From contig CAXXSY010000005.1 of NCBI GenBank assembly GCA_963665015.2, positions 4,301-68,300 of the forward strand: 64,000 nucleotides of DNA. Reading direction: 5' to 3'. The position numbers and the translations under genes are program-made. The stretch is from Candidatus Cloacimonadales bacterium (GTDB lineage Bacteria > Cloacimonadota > Cloacimonadia > Cloacimonadales > JAIOQZ01). Under the pieces are notes generated by a model that did not search any database, was not told where the DNA came from, and saw only the letters and a program-made list of their open reading frames with translations. This document shows, in pieces, positions 36,116-46,497 of this stretch; within the stretch, counting starts at the first letter, position 1, and each line of letters begins with the position of its first letter.

Positions 36116-38245
36116 ATGAAAAAGTGTTTGATGTTGCTGATCGTAATTCTGATTGCCGTCCCCGGATGGGCGGTATATCACAAGCTGGGTGAATTCACCG
36201 ATTCGAGTCGCATGTCGAACGTAGAGGTTGTCGATCAAATCGCGTATATTTCGGATCCCGATTACGGCTTACGGATCGTCGATGTATCCGACCCGACCAA
36301 TCCTCAATTGATCGGTACCTATCAGGTCTTCAACTATTGCGGTTATGTTACGGTCTTGGATAATGTGGCGTATCTTCTGGTGCTGGAAGAAGGTCTCCTG
36401 GCGCTGGATGTCTCTTCACCCGATTCTCCCCGGTTGCTGGGTACCTATCCGCTTTCCGTGCTATCGCCGAGTTTCGTTACGATACGGGATGATATCGCGT
36501 ATGTAGCGAATTATAATTACGGGTTTCGTTTGATCGATGTATCGAATCCTGCCGAGATGGTTCAATTATTTGAATACGAGATGGAGGGATATATCCATAA
36601 CCTTGCGCTTGAAGGCAACCTTCTTTATCTTGCGGACGGCGAGGCGTATATCAAGGTGTTCAACGTTTCCGATCCTGCGAATCCTGTATTGCTGAACGAG
36701 AGCGAACTCCCCGGAGAGGCGAGCTGGATCACGGTTCAGGATGGTATCGCTTATATTGCGAGCAGATTCGATGGGCTCCAGATCGTGGATGTGTCGGATT
36801 TCATGAACATTCAGCCGATCGCCACGATTGAGCACATTGGAAATGCACAGTATGTCCTGGTACAGGATCAGACGCTCTATCTGCTAAGTGAGGGTTCCGG
36901 TCTGCGTGTTTACGATATCGCCGACCCGGTCGAACCTTCTTTGCTGGGTGTTTTCAACACATTTGCGCATGTGCGGGCACCTTTCATCTCGAATCAGATC
37001 GCATATATCCCGGATTGTAATGATGGATTGCAGATTATCGATATCATCGATCCGGAGAATGAATTGTTGCTGGGCAGTTACGACACCGGAAACCGGGCGT
37101 GGGGGATCGAAGTCGATTACGATCTCGCCTTTATCGCCAACTCCTTTTCGGGCATGAAGGTCGTGGATTTCTCGAATCCGGTCTTTCCGCTGCAATTGTC
37201 TGAATATGCTACGGATTCTCCAAGCAAGTATATAGCATATCGCGATAATCATGTTTATCTATCGGAAATGAGTTGCCGATTCCACATCATCGATGTTTCC
37301 AATCCATTTCTACCGACAATGCAGGATTTCTACGAAATTTACGGTTGCTCGACCGGCTCGGACCTATTCGCGAATGTTGCGTTCATTGGGCATATCGGCA
37401 GTATTGATGTCGTGGACTTTCAGGAACAGCACCAACCGCGTCTGCTATCGAACATCAATACGCCGGGTGTAGCCGCATCCTGTAAGCTGGTAAATAACCT
37501 CCTGTACGTGGCTGACGGTGAAGCCGGATTGCAAATTGTCGATGTCAAAGACCTGGAGAATCCGGAGATCGTGGGGAATTATTCCACTGTCCTTGACGCA
37601 ATCGAAATTGCAATCAAGGATGAGGTGGCATATGTGGCGGGTGTGACAGGTCTGTATGCGATCGACATTTCGAATCCCGGTCAGCCCGAATACATTCTGG
37701 ATATCCGTCCTCGCCAGACATCCGAAATCAGGGACTGTCTGGTACACGGAAATCTGCTGTTCTTCTCCTGCATGAACTGGAACGAAATCTATCTGTACGA
37801 TATCAGCGTACCCGAAGCGCCGGTCCATCTTCGTACCTTCTCATGGAATATGACGACATACGATATGTGCTATTACAACAGAAAGCTCTATACCGCGAAC
37901 GACTATCATGGTGTCAGCGTACTCGATCTCGATTATCTTGCGACGGACGATGCTGAAAACGTCTCGCTGCCGGTGCAATCCCTCTCCAACTACCCCAACC
38001 CGTTCAATCCATCGACCGCGATCCGCTTCTCCCTCAGGGAAGATATGCCGGTCACGCTGGCGATATACAATATACGCGGTCAGAAGGTCAGGACGCTTAT
38101 CGACGAGCGGATGGAAAGGGGTGAGCACACGGCGCAGTGGCTCGGCGACGACGACAGCGGCAAACCCTGCTCCAGCGGCGTCTATTTATACCGTATGAGG
38201 ACTGCCGGCAAGACCGAAACGAAGAAGATGATCATGATGAAATAG
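36116..38245 (+). CDS. LVIVD-repeat beta-propeller protein with T9SS CTD
   Basis: Signal peptide MKKCLMLLIVILIAVPGWA. Repeated ..AY(I/V)(A/S)D...GL(R/Q)I(V/I)DVS(D/N)P..P..(I/L)G.. units. Shared CTD. Confidence 0.85.
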   Translation: MKKCLMLLIVILIAVPGWAVYHKLGEFTDSSRMSNVEVVDQIAYISDPDYGLRIVDVSDPTNPQLIGTYQVFNYCGYVTVLDNVAYLLVLEEGLLALDVSSPDSPRLLGTYPLSVLSPSFVTIRDDIAYVANYNYGFRLIDVSNPAEMVQLFEYEMEGYIHNLALEGNLLYLADGEAYIKVFNVSDPANPVLLNESELPGEASWITVQDGIAYIASRFDGLQIVDVSDFMNIQPIATIEHIGNAQYVLVQDQTLYLLSEGSGLRVYDIADPVEPSLLGVFNTFAHVRAPFISNQIAYIPDCNDGLQIIDIIDPENELLLGSYDTGNRAWGIEVDYDLAFIANSFSGMKVVDFSNPVFPLQLSEYATDSPSKYIAYRDNHVYLSEMSCRFHIIDVSNPFLPTMQDFYEIYGCSTGSDLFANVAFIGHIGSIDVVDFQEQHQPRLLSNINTPGVAASCKLVNNLLYVADGEAGLQIVDVKDLENPEIVGNYSTVLDAIEIAIKDEVAYVAGVTGLYAIDISNPGQPEYILDIRPRQTSEIRDCLVHGNLLFFSCMNWNEIYLYDISVPEAPVHLRTFSWNMTTYDMCYYNRKLYTANDYHGVSVLDLDYLATDDAENVSLPVQSLSNYPNPFNPSTAIRFSLREDMPVTLAIYNIRGQKVRTLIDERMERGEHTAQWLGDDDSGKPCSSGVYLYRMRTAGKTETKKMIMMK
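37994..38245 (+). repeat. Shared CTD-coding cassette, copy 2
   Basis: See 35738-35989. Upstream of 37994 the gene is unrelated to the other two. Confidence 0.85.
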
Positions 38246-38421
38246 GGGCATTTGGTACTGGGTTTTCAAATCGGTGTCAGAAATATACGATTGCCAAATG
38301 TCACAATGATGATCTGTAAACATGAGCCAAGAAATAAGTAGATGTCGGTAGTTTTCTTGTGGCCTCCAATAAGGATTCTGGTGGCGATCAGGTGATTTTT
38401 TGCGAAAAATTCCACAATTGC

Positions 38422-38451
38422 TTGACAGGTTTCCATCACTTTATGTATGAT
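38422..38451 (+). promoter_or_regulatory. Sigma-70-like promoter
   Basis: TTGACA (38422-38427), 18 nt, TATGAT (38446-38451), located 25 nt upstream of the ATG at 38477. Confidence 0.4.
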
Positions 38452-38476
38452 TTGTTCATCTTAATAGGGGGCTATT

Positions 38477-41400
38477 ATGAAGAGACAATTACTGGTGTTG
38501 ACACTCATGATGTTCGGTATTCTGTTTGCCGAATGGACAATCGTCGAAACGTATCCTATTCCTGAAAACACATCCGGTCTCGCATGGGATGGCGAATACC
38601 TTTATTGCGGAACGTACCTTGCCGATATTGACGGTGTTTATCGGATCGATCCTGCCGATGGAAGCTGTACACTTATTTTCAATGGAACGATGGGCGACAC
38701 ATACGATCTTACCTGGGATGGAGCTAACCTCTGGGCAATCGGTCATGCCGGTGGAGTCAACACTCCTGCCCGGGCATGCAAGCTCGATATGCAGGGCAAC
38801 ATTCTGGCACAACTTACGATGCCTGTTCACGATATGTCGGGAATTGTCTGGGATGATGGCCATTTCTGGGTAGCGGCGTACGACGATCCCGATGGATACA
38901 TATACAAGATCGATGACCAGGGCAATATTCTCGATGGGTATGATGCACCCTATTACCAACCCTGGTCGCTATGCATGGAAGGCGAATATCTATGGATGGT
39001 TGATAACTGGTCAAACGAGATATTCAAGATTGATCCGGCAGATGGTAGCGTGCTTGAAACTTATATCTTCGAAATGGAGGACCCAGCAGGCATCGTATTC
39101 GATGGAACCTATTTCTGGTATTGTGATGATGGCGTTGGCAACGATAACTGTCTTCACAAAGTGGACCCGAATGGCGAAGGTTTTGCGAATATCGAACTCG
39201 GTTGGGAAGAGCATGATTTCGGCGAGGTTGTTATCGGTACTCCTGAGACGGTAACACTTCCAATATCAAGCAACGGCACCTGTGACTTGGTGATCAGCGA
39301 TTGGACGGTCAGCAACGATGCCTTCTCAATATCGGTAGATATCCCTATCGTGATTACACATGGCACAACCTTCGATCTCGAGATAACATGCGATCCTGAG
39401 CATATAGGGTCAACCACGGCAACGATGGATATTGTATCCAACGCCCCAAATCACCCTGCGGAGACTGTTTCACTGAGGACATTCGCCATGGACGCACAGC
39501 CGCGGATCGTTGTGCAGCCGGATGTGATCCATTTCGGTACTGTGCGCTTGGGCAGCTTGACCGGTCGATCCATGTGGATAAAGAATATGGGCGTTCAAGA
39601 CCTCTCCCTTTCAGGCATTTCATTCGACTTAAGTATGTTCGACGAATTCGAGCTCGAATTCCCAGTCGTGATTTCCCCTTATGATTCAGTCGTCGCACGA
39701 GTATGGCTGGATGCAAATGAGCCGGTCGATATCGAGACCGCAATGACGATCGAAAGCAACGATCCCGATGAAAGCAGCTTGACTATCCCTATTAATGCCT
39801 ATATAGATACCGGATCACATGAGATCGGGACAGAATACTGGCATTTCCAGACCGCCGATCCGGTTAGGGAAATATCCACCATAAAGAGGTTCATCGATAT
39901 CAACGATGATGGGTTTGAAGAAGTCATCGTTTGTGATCAATACGGTCAAGTCTATTGCTTGAATGGAAACAGCTCCGGTGATGCGGATATATTGTGGCGA
40001 TTCAGGGGGAGTATAAGCACGGTCTTTCCTTTTACCGATCGCAGCATCATTATCGCGGACGATCTCGATGGAGACAACGTACAAGACGTTGTGGTCGGAT
40101 CAACTGGCCCCAATGGCTCAATATATGCGCTAAAGGGTTTGAATGGACAAGTTATCTGGCAATATGATACAGATGTTGTTGGCGGAGCTCGTACAAATCA
40201 GATCGATGGCAAGAGAGATTTTACCGGGGACGGAGTCTGCGATATCCTTGCAACAACCAGTTATTTTTTCAGTGCAACGATATTGCTCAACGGTGCGACG
40301 GGAGATGTCGAGTGGATTCGCGAATTCAATCGAGGTCAGAAACGAGTTTGTTCGATTGCCGATCAAAATGGTGACGGTGTTCCGGATGTGTATAGTGCGG
40401 AAAACGGGTCTATGTACAATAGGCTGTCTCTGCTCTCCGGCGCGAGCGGTTGGGTTTTATTCGCTCTTGAAAGTACATATCCCTCGTATGAAGACTTGAT
40501 CGACATACAGGACGTAAACGGTGACAATATACAAGATTTGGCTTATGTGAAAACTACAAGAACACACACCTGCCTGAACTTCGATCAGGAGATACTGTGG
40601 GAAGTGACACCCGATGCATATGCCATCAGATATAAACGGGCATTCGATGGTGCTACGGAATACATTGTTCCAACAATGTCGGGGACGGATGCCTGGCTCA
40701 CGATAAATTCTGCTACGGGTGATGCCGGAGCTGTCTATCCTGGATCAATCAGATTTCTCGATTGTACACCGGTTCATGAGTTAAATGGAGACAGGCACTT
40801 CGATATTCTCTGTGGCACGGAGAGTCAGGCCATGGCGCTTTCGGGTAGCGATGCATCTGTAATCTGGAGCATGAACGTCGATGATCCGGTGAATCAAGCA
40901 TGTCCAATTGGCGATTTGGACGGAAATAACAGTCAGGAAATGCTGTTCGGAGATCAAGGCGGGCTCGTGGTTTGCCGTTCCGGTGGTGAAAATGCAAGCA
41001 TGCCGTGGGGTACTCTAACACTCGACGTTTCAGCAAATTCGGGGTTTAGTGTCGTAATCGCAGAGTACAGTTTAACAGGGGAAGAAAGCTTTTCGGGAAC
41101 GATCCCTGAAGATGGTGTTCTGGTGCTGCCAGATGTATCCTATGGAACCTATTCTCTTGAAGTTTCCTTAATGCTTCACCACAGTTTTGTCCTCGAAAAC
41201 TTCGAGTTCTCATCCGATATGACGATTCCGGTCTTCCTGCAAGAGGTTCTATATCCTGTTCACGATTTCTATGCGGAAACCTACTTCAATAGAGTGACGC
41301 TATACTGGGGCTCGATGCCTACCAGAAACAGCAAGAGTAAAAAGGAGACGAAAACGGGACGATATTTCCAGGGAGTCCGATTGTATATAGACGATATCAT

Positions 41401-41836
41401 GATTGCCGATATGGTTGAAGGCCATGACTACGAAGTTGGTTATGTATCACCCGGAACCCATGTCTTCTCTGCTGTCAATGTCTATACGACTGGCGTATCC
41501 GAGCCCGTCGAGATTGAAGTATCGGTGGTTCATAACGACGACCCCGGCATCAAGCCATACGAGACAGCGCTTCTCGGCAACACGCCCAACCCGTTCAATC
41601 CTTCAACCGCGATCCGCTTCTCCCTCAGGGAAGATATGCCGGTCACGCTGGCGATATACAATATCCGCGGCCAGAAGGTCAGGACGCTTATCGACGAGCG
41701 GATGGAAAGGGGCGAGCACACGGCGCAGTGGCTCGGCGACGACGACAGCGGCAAACCCTGCTCCAGCGGCGTCTATCTGTATCGGATGCAGACTGCCTGC
41801 AAGACCGAAACGAAGAAGATGATCATGATGAAATAG
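38477..41836 (+). CDS. T9SS cargo: beta-propeller + ASH/Ig + FG-GAP propeller + CTD (paralog 2)
   Basis: Collinear with 32594-35989 along its whole length (FAEWTIVETYPIPENTSGLAWDGEYLYCG.. versus FAEWTIVATYPIPESASGLAWDGEYLYCG..). Shared CTD. Confidence 0.85.
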   Translation: MKRQLLVLTLMMFGILFAEWTIVETYPIPENTSGLAWDGEYLYCGTYLADIDGVYRIDPADGSCTLIFNGTMGDTYDLTWDGANLWAIGHAGGVNTPARACKLDMQGNILAQLTMPVHDMSGIVWDDGHFWVAAYDDPDGYIYKIDDQGNILDGYDAPYYQPWSLCMEGEYLWMVDNWSNEIFKIDPADGSVLETYIFEMEDPAGIVFDGTYFWYCDDGVGNDNCLHKVDPNGEGFANIELGWEEHDFGEVVIGTPETVTLPISSNGTCDLVISDWTVSNDAFSISVDIPIVITHGTTFDLEITCDPEHIGSTTATMDIVSNAPNHPAETVSLRTFAMDAQPRIVVQPDVIHFGTVRLGSLTGRSMWIKNMGVQDLSLSGISFDLSMFDEFELEFPVVISPYDSVVARVWLDANEPVDIETAMTIESNDPDESSLTIPINAYIDTGSHEIGTEYWHFQTADPVREISTIKRFIDINDDGFEEVIVCDQYGQVYCLNGNSSGDADILWRFRGSISTVFPFTDRSIIIADDLDGDNVQDVVVGSTGPNGSIYALKGLNGQVIWQYDTDVVGGARTNQIDGKRDFTGDGVCDILATTSYFFSATILLNGATGDVEWIREFNRGQKRVCSIADQNGDGVPDVYSAENGSMYNRLSLLSGASGWVLFALESTYPSYEDLIDIQDVNGDNIQDLAYVKTTRTHTCLNFDQEILWEVTPDAYAIRYKRAFDGATEYIVPTMSGTDAWLTINSATGDAGAVYPGSIRFLDCTPVHELNGDRHFDILCGTESQAMALSGSDASVIWSMNVDDPVNQACPIGDLDGNNSQEMLFGDQGGLVVCRSGGENASMPWGTLTLDVSANSGFSVVIAEYSLTGEESFSGTIPEDGVLVLPDVSYGTYSLEVSLMLHHSFVLENFEFSSDMTIPVFLQEVLYPVHDFYAETYFNRVTLYWGSMPTRNSKSKKETKTGRYFQGVRLYIDDIMIADMVEGHDYEVGYVSPGTHVFSAVNVYTTGVSEPVEIEVSVVHNDDPGIKPYETALLGNTPNPFNPSTAIRFSLREDMPVTLAIYNIRGQKVRTLIDERMERGEHTAQWLGDDDSGKPCSSGVYLYRMQTACKTETKKMIMMK
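41585..41836 (+). repeat. Shared CTD-coding cassette, copy 3
   Basis: See 35738-35989. Confidence 0.85.
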
Positions 41837-41849
41837 TGTCTATCTTTAT

Positions 41850-41885
41850 ACCGGAGAGACGTATCAATCTCTCCGGTATTTTTAT
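41850..41885 (+). terminator. Rho-independent terminator
   Basis: A 10-bp stem ACCGGAGAGA / TCTCTCCGGT with an 8-nt loop, followed by ATTTTTAT. Confidence 0.7.
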
Positions 41886-42038
41886 CATAAAAAATTTTTT
41901 TCTTTACAATTTTGTAAATCCAAGTGTATTTAATCTTCGATTCATCAATCATGCAAAATAGGCGTGAGGGCAACACGAAATACGGCACATCGAGGGTATT
42001 GTTGTGCCATGAATGTTCAGAAAACTTGGGGAGGAGTT

Positions 42039-44192
42039 ATGAAGAGGGTTATCCTATTCACGATCATTCTTTCGATTCTTCTTGTGCTGTCGAATTGCAG
42101 CAGGAAGCCGACCGCGACTTCGCAAGAAAAAGATTTCCGCATCCAGCCGTTTACGGGCGAAAAGATCGAAAACGGCGGAGAATTCACGTATATCCAGACC
42201 GCGAGCTGGACCATGCCCGACGACAACGAACCATGCGCCATACGTGTCCGCACCACCGATGGCAAGCTGCCGGAAGGAACTTCCACCGATGAAGACGGCT
42301 GGATCCTGTTCGGCGAATCGATCTGGACGATGGAGCGCGAAATCAGCTTTACATTCTCATCCGAAGAAGGCTCGCTCGACCATGTCGTTCTGGAAATCGA
42401 TGTGCAGAACCGGGACGGCATCATCCTCACCCGCAGCATCTTCGAGGACCGACTGCTGGGCACCGTGATCTACTGCGAACAGGGCAATGTCCAGAGCATG
42501 ACCACCGGCACCGGACTCAATTTCGTCTTTACCGAGCAGACCGACCTCTTTGTTGACGGCATGTACGCGCACCACTTCATGTATCGCGTGATCAAGCTGG
42601 ACGACGAGGGCGGGATTATCGAGGTGTCCGACTGGCACAGCTCCATCCACAGCACCGACATCCGCAGAATCACGCTCAACGGCGAGACCGAACCGGCGCT
42701 CACTGCCGACGAAGAAGGTTGCATGACCCGCGTGGAGGCATACGTGGTGACCCGCAGCGGCATCACCGACGAGGCGAATCCCGCATCGATCGAATTCCAC
42801 GCGCAGGAAGGGATGCATCCCGCGACGATGATCTATGTCCACAGCACGTTCGGGCTCGGTCAGCATCACTTCTCGTCGCTGATCGACGACGTGCGTTTTC
42901 ATCCGGAACTCGAAATACCCCAGGAAGAAGCCGAGGACGGAATCCACTACGCGACCGCGTTTTTCAGAGACCGTGAAGGCGTGTTCAGCGCGCTTTGGAG
43001 CGAGGATTTCACGCTGTACCTGAGCGTCGGATTTATGGGCGAATACGTGGAAGACAATCCACGAGGCGAATACCAGGGCATTGCGTACGACGAAGAAACC
43101 AATGCGTTTTACTACGCTACGATCGAATACTACGACATCTCGTTCAATGGAGAAGCCCTGACCCGGTTCGGAATCGATTATCCCGTCGTGACGGATGGCG
43201 ATATCGGCTATTCCCGTGTTCCGGCGGATCGCTACGCCAACTTCGACATCGTTTTGCAGGACATTCCCGCGTCCGAACTGGGCAGTCCGCACGCATTGAT
43301 CGTGCGTGCCGTTGACAATCAGGGCGTGCCTGACACCACACCGGAAACGATGACGTTCAACCTTCTCGAGCCGGTTCCGCACGAGGAGAAAAGCGGTATC
43401 CTCGTCGTCGATGGCGAGGTTAACAGTGTTACTTCACCGGATGACTATGTCGATCCGCTTTATGCGAATACGGCACTGCAAGCCGACCTGGAACTCGATT
43501 ACCAGTACCTTTGGGACACCTTCTGGGACAGCCAGCTTCACTGGGCAAAAGATGTTCTGTCACCCACCGATCTGGATCCTTATCGTCTCATGGTATGGCA
43601 CACCGATAACCCAACAGCGGTTCAAAGATTTCCAAGAGAAATCGACGTGTTAAACATTGCTGTCCCGCAGAAACTCAACATGTTCTTCAGCGGTGGCAGG
43701 AATATCCGTGATGCTTATTCTTACTCATGCGCGGAAGAACTCGGGATTTTCACACACTGGCTGGGTATCCGGGAAACGAGCGATTACGCTGGGATTGATG
43801 ATTTACACGGCAATTTTGTCCAATATCCGTGGTTTATCGGCGCCGAGTCGCAGGTCGATGAATATCCGGACTTTACGTTCGATCCCGAGCAACTATGGTC
43901 GGCAGTCCAGCCGCTGCTTGTGCCGCGTGGGGGCATGGGAGCTGTCGCGTGGTTCCCGGAGGAATATCTCACCGATGGCGCGGAGGTGATCTACCGCTTC
44001 GTCTGCAAGGAGCCGGGTACCGATGAATTTTCGCCCAGTCAGGAGGAATACGATCGGATTAACGGTCAGCCGGTGATGATCCGGGTGATCCACGACGGCT
44101 TCACAACCTGGCTGTCCGGTTTCCCATTGAGCTATATGCCCGTCGATCAGGTCACGCAGTTGTTCGATCAGATACAGACTGAATTGCAATAA
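42039..44192 (+). CDS. Large lipoprotein, unknown function
   Basis: The start is moved to the ATG at 42039 (GGGGAGGAG RBS; MKRVILFTIILSILLVLSNC). No CTD and no recognised domain. Confidence 0.7.
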   Translation: MKRVILFTIILSILLVLSNCSRKPTATSQEKDFRIQPFTGEKIENGGEFTYIQTASWTMPDDNEPCAIRVRTTDGKLPEGTSTDEDGWILFGESIWTMEREISFTFSSEEGSLDHVVLEIDVQNRDGIILTRSIFEDRLLGTVIYCEQGNVQSMTTGTGLNFVFTEQTDLFVDGMYAHHFMYRVIKLDDEGGIIEVSDWHSSIHSTDIRRITLNGETEPALTADEEGCMTRVEAYVVTRSGITDEANPASIEFHAQEGMHPATMIYVHSTFGLGQHHFSSLIDDVRFHPELEIPQEEAEDGIHYATAFFRDREGVFSALWSEDFTLYLSVGFMGEYVEDNPRGEYQGIAYDEETNAFYYATIEYYDISFNGEALTRFGIDYPVVTDGDIGYSRVPADRYANFDIVLQDIPASELGSPHALIVRAVDNQGVPDTTPETMTFNLLEPVPHEEKSGILVVDGEVNSVTSPDDYVDPLYANTALQADLELDYQYLWDTFWDSQLHWAKDVLSPTDLDPYRLMVWHTDNPTAVQRFPREIDVLNIAVPQKLNMFFSGGRNIRDAYSYSCAEELGIFTHWLGIRETSDYAGIDDLHGNFVQYPWFIGAESQVDEYPDFTFDPEQLWSAVQPLLVPRGGMGAVAWFPEEYLTDGAEVIYRFVCKEPGTDEFSPSQEEYDRINGQPVMIRVIHDGFTTWLSGFPLSYMPVDQVTQLFDQIQTELQ

Positions 44193-44203
44193 AGGAGGAC
44201 ATT

Positions 44204-46201
44204 ATGAAAGGGATTACATTTATCACAATCGCAATCGTGCTTACCATGAGCATGGGAGCGCTGTTCGCAGGGGATCGGGCGCTCGTAAGCGACGATAGGA
44301 CAACGTTCGGAAGCGCCGCGTTGCGATTCGGCAACTGCGGTATGGTCGGAGGGGACGATGCCGACGGTCCAGCGCTGGAATGGCCGTACGGATCGAGGAT
44401 CAACTACCTCTACCAGGGCGCGCTGTGGTTTGGCGGAACCGTACACCGAAGAAACGCGGATGGAGTCCACCTCTTCTGGCGGCACTGGCCGCCTGAAGAC
44501 GAAATGGACTTGGTGACCGAAGAAGATTCGTGCTGGAATCCCGAACTGCACCCGGCCATCGATACGCTGACATCGGTCGGGTTCGACGGAGACCGCGATA
44601 TCATGGAGATGCTTCCCGCCTACAATCCGGTGGAGGAAAGCGCTCTCGGAGAACTCTTTACGCAGTATAATGCGGACGACCATACGACCATGAACTATTT
44701 CAATATTCTGGGCTACGATGACGATGGCGACGGCGCGATTGACGAAGACCCGCCCGGAAGGATCATGGGCTGGGACAACCTCAACGACAACTACTGCTTC
44801 AATCTACCCTATGACGACGACGGCGACGGCGAGATCGACGAAGACGGCGGTTATGCGGGAATGGAGACGGGACTTGGTTTCTACTACGACATCAGCCCGT
44901 TCGGAACGGACGTGGAACGCCATTGGGGAAGCACGACAGGCTCGAGTAATCACTTCCCGCTGGGGATCGCCGTCGAACAGCGCACTTACGCCTGGAACGT
45001 GCGGAGCCTTGCGGACGCTGTCATCCTTCATTTCAGAATCACCAATATCGGCGGCGAGACGATCAACGACTACGCGCTCAGCTATTACTTCGACGCGGAC
45101 GTGGGACCGATCGAATGGGGTTCCGAAGCCGTGTATGACGATGTAAGCAGCTACAACCTCGATTACGATTTCCCTTACTCGTACGACGCGGATCACGATA
45201 ACGGCATCACGCCCGGGTACGTTGCGGTCAAGGCGTTGGGCGAGTCGTCAGCCAGCACGGTCTGTTTCACGTGGAACCGCGGTGATGGCCCGGACGATCG
45301 GAATCCGAGAGACCTGACACCCACCGGAAGCCTGACAAGCAACGAAAAATACTGGCTGCAAACCGGACGGAATCCAGAAACGGATAATTATACCTCTCTC
45401 GTCGAAAATCCGAACTTCCAGCTCGATGATCCGCGCGAAACACGCTTTCTGTACGGCGTTTACGGCGATGATTTCGATCTGGAGCCATACGAAATCCGCG
45501 ATTTCTATGTGGCGATCTTCCTGGCGAATTCCGAGTTCGGTCTGATCAACGCGGTCGAGAATCTGCAAGCTTTCTACGAGAGCGGATTCGACCTTTCCAT
45601 CTTCGACGGCGATCCCTCCGTTCCCGCGATCCTGAACGCACGGGCGCAGGAGGACGGACAGTCGATTCGGGTCAACTGGTTTACCGCCACGCTGCCCGAC
45701 AGCCTCTACCTCTGCTACAAGCAGGCGGAAGAACCGGCCACCGAGTGGCAAAACCTGATCCTCGATCCGGGCACCGACAGCTACCTGATCGAAGGTCTCG
45801 CCGAAGAGACCGACTACAACGTCAAGGTCGCCGTGGTATATGACGACGTGTATCTGCATAGTCCGATCGTCACCCTCAATACCAACGACTTCTATAACGC
45901 CGACCAGAACACGGCACCGCCGGTCGAAGCGGGGGAGATATCGGTCTATCCGAATCCGTTCAACCCATCGACGACCATCGCGTTGTCTTTACCGGAGTCC
46001 GGCGAAGTGAAGCTGGACGTTTACAACATCCGTGGCGAGAAGGTACGTTCGCTGTTATCCGAATATCGAGACGCCGGAAGGCACCTTATTCGATGGAACT
46101 GCTGCAACGACAACGGGGACACCGTCGCCTCCGGAATCTACTTCGCGCGGCTCAAGTCCGACGGCAGGTCGCTGACCTGCAAAATGCTTCTGCTGAAATA
46201 G
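44204..46201 (+). CDS. T9SS cargo protein with acidic Ca-binding-type loops
   Basis: Signal peptide MKGITFITIAIVLTMSMGALFA. YDDDGDGAIDEDPPG and YDDDGDGEIDEDGG loops. CTD YPNPFNPSTTIAL..YNIRGEKV..SGIYFARL..KMLLLK. It lies 11 nt after the upstream gene. Confidence 0.8.
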   Translation: MKGITFITIAIVLTMSMGALFAGDRALVSDDRTTFGSAALRFGNCGMVGGDDADGPALEWPYGSRINYLYQGALWFGGTVHRRNADGVHLFWRHWPPEDEMDLVTEEDSCWNPELHPAIDTLTSVGFDGDRDIMEMLPAYNPVEESALGELFTQYNADDHTTMNYFNILGYDDDGDGAIDEDPPGRIMGWDNLNDNYCFNLPYDDDGDGEIDEDGGYAGMETGLGFYYDISPFGTDVERHWGSTTGSSNHFPLGIAVEQRTYAWNVRSLADAVILHFRITNIGGETINDYALSYYFDADVGPIEWGSEAVYDDVSSYNLDYDFPYSYDADHDNGITPGYVAVKALGESSASTVCFTWNRGDGPDDRNPRDLTPTGSLTSNEKYWLQTGRNPETDNYTSLVENPNFQLDDPRETRFLYGVYGDDFDLEPYEIRDFYVAIFLANSEFGLINAVENLQAFYESGFDLSIFDGDPSVPAILNARAQEDGQSIRVNWFTATLPDSLYLCYKQAEEPATEWQNLILDPGTDSYLIEGLAEETDYNVKVAVVYDDVYLHSPIVTLNTNDFYNADQNTAPPVEAGEISVYPNPFNPSTTIALSLPESGEVKLDVYNIRGEKVRSLLSEYRDAGRHLIRWNCCNDNGDTVASGIYFARLKSDGRSLTCKMLLLK

Positions 46202-46315
46202 GTTTGGCATAGACGCAAGGTAGGGGCAGACCTCCGTGTCTGCCCTTCTATACCTGATAATCATTTGTGAGTCGGGCGCTTGCAACGTCTATGTCATGTT
46301 GGAAAATAATTGAAA

Positions 46316-46497
46316 GGGCAGGCACAGACAGACTGTGTGAAAATGCGATGTATCCAGAGAAACCCCTCCCTGGCCCTCCCCTAAATAGGGGAGGGAAATC
46401 GTTGGTGGGCAGAGTAATAGCTCCTTTCCCCTACGTAGGGGAAAGGTTGGGATAGGGATTCCCTACGGCATTTTCACACAGTCTGAGAGGCTTGCCC
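46316..46497. mobile_element. MITE-like element with the IS1182-copy-1 type ends
   Basis: Perfect 18-bp terminal inverted repeats CAGACTGTGTGAAAATGC (46329-46346) and GCATTTTCACACAGTCTG (46468-46485). There is no ORF. The interior holds two strong hairpins (46374-46395, and a 24-bp perfect palindrome at 46423-46446). It is flanked by GGGCAGGCAC and CTTGCCC half-hairpins. Confidence 0.6.
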
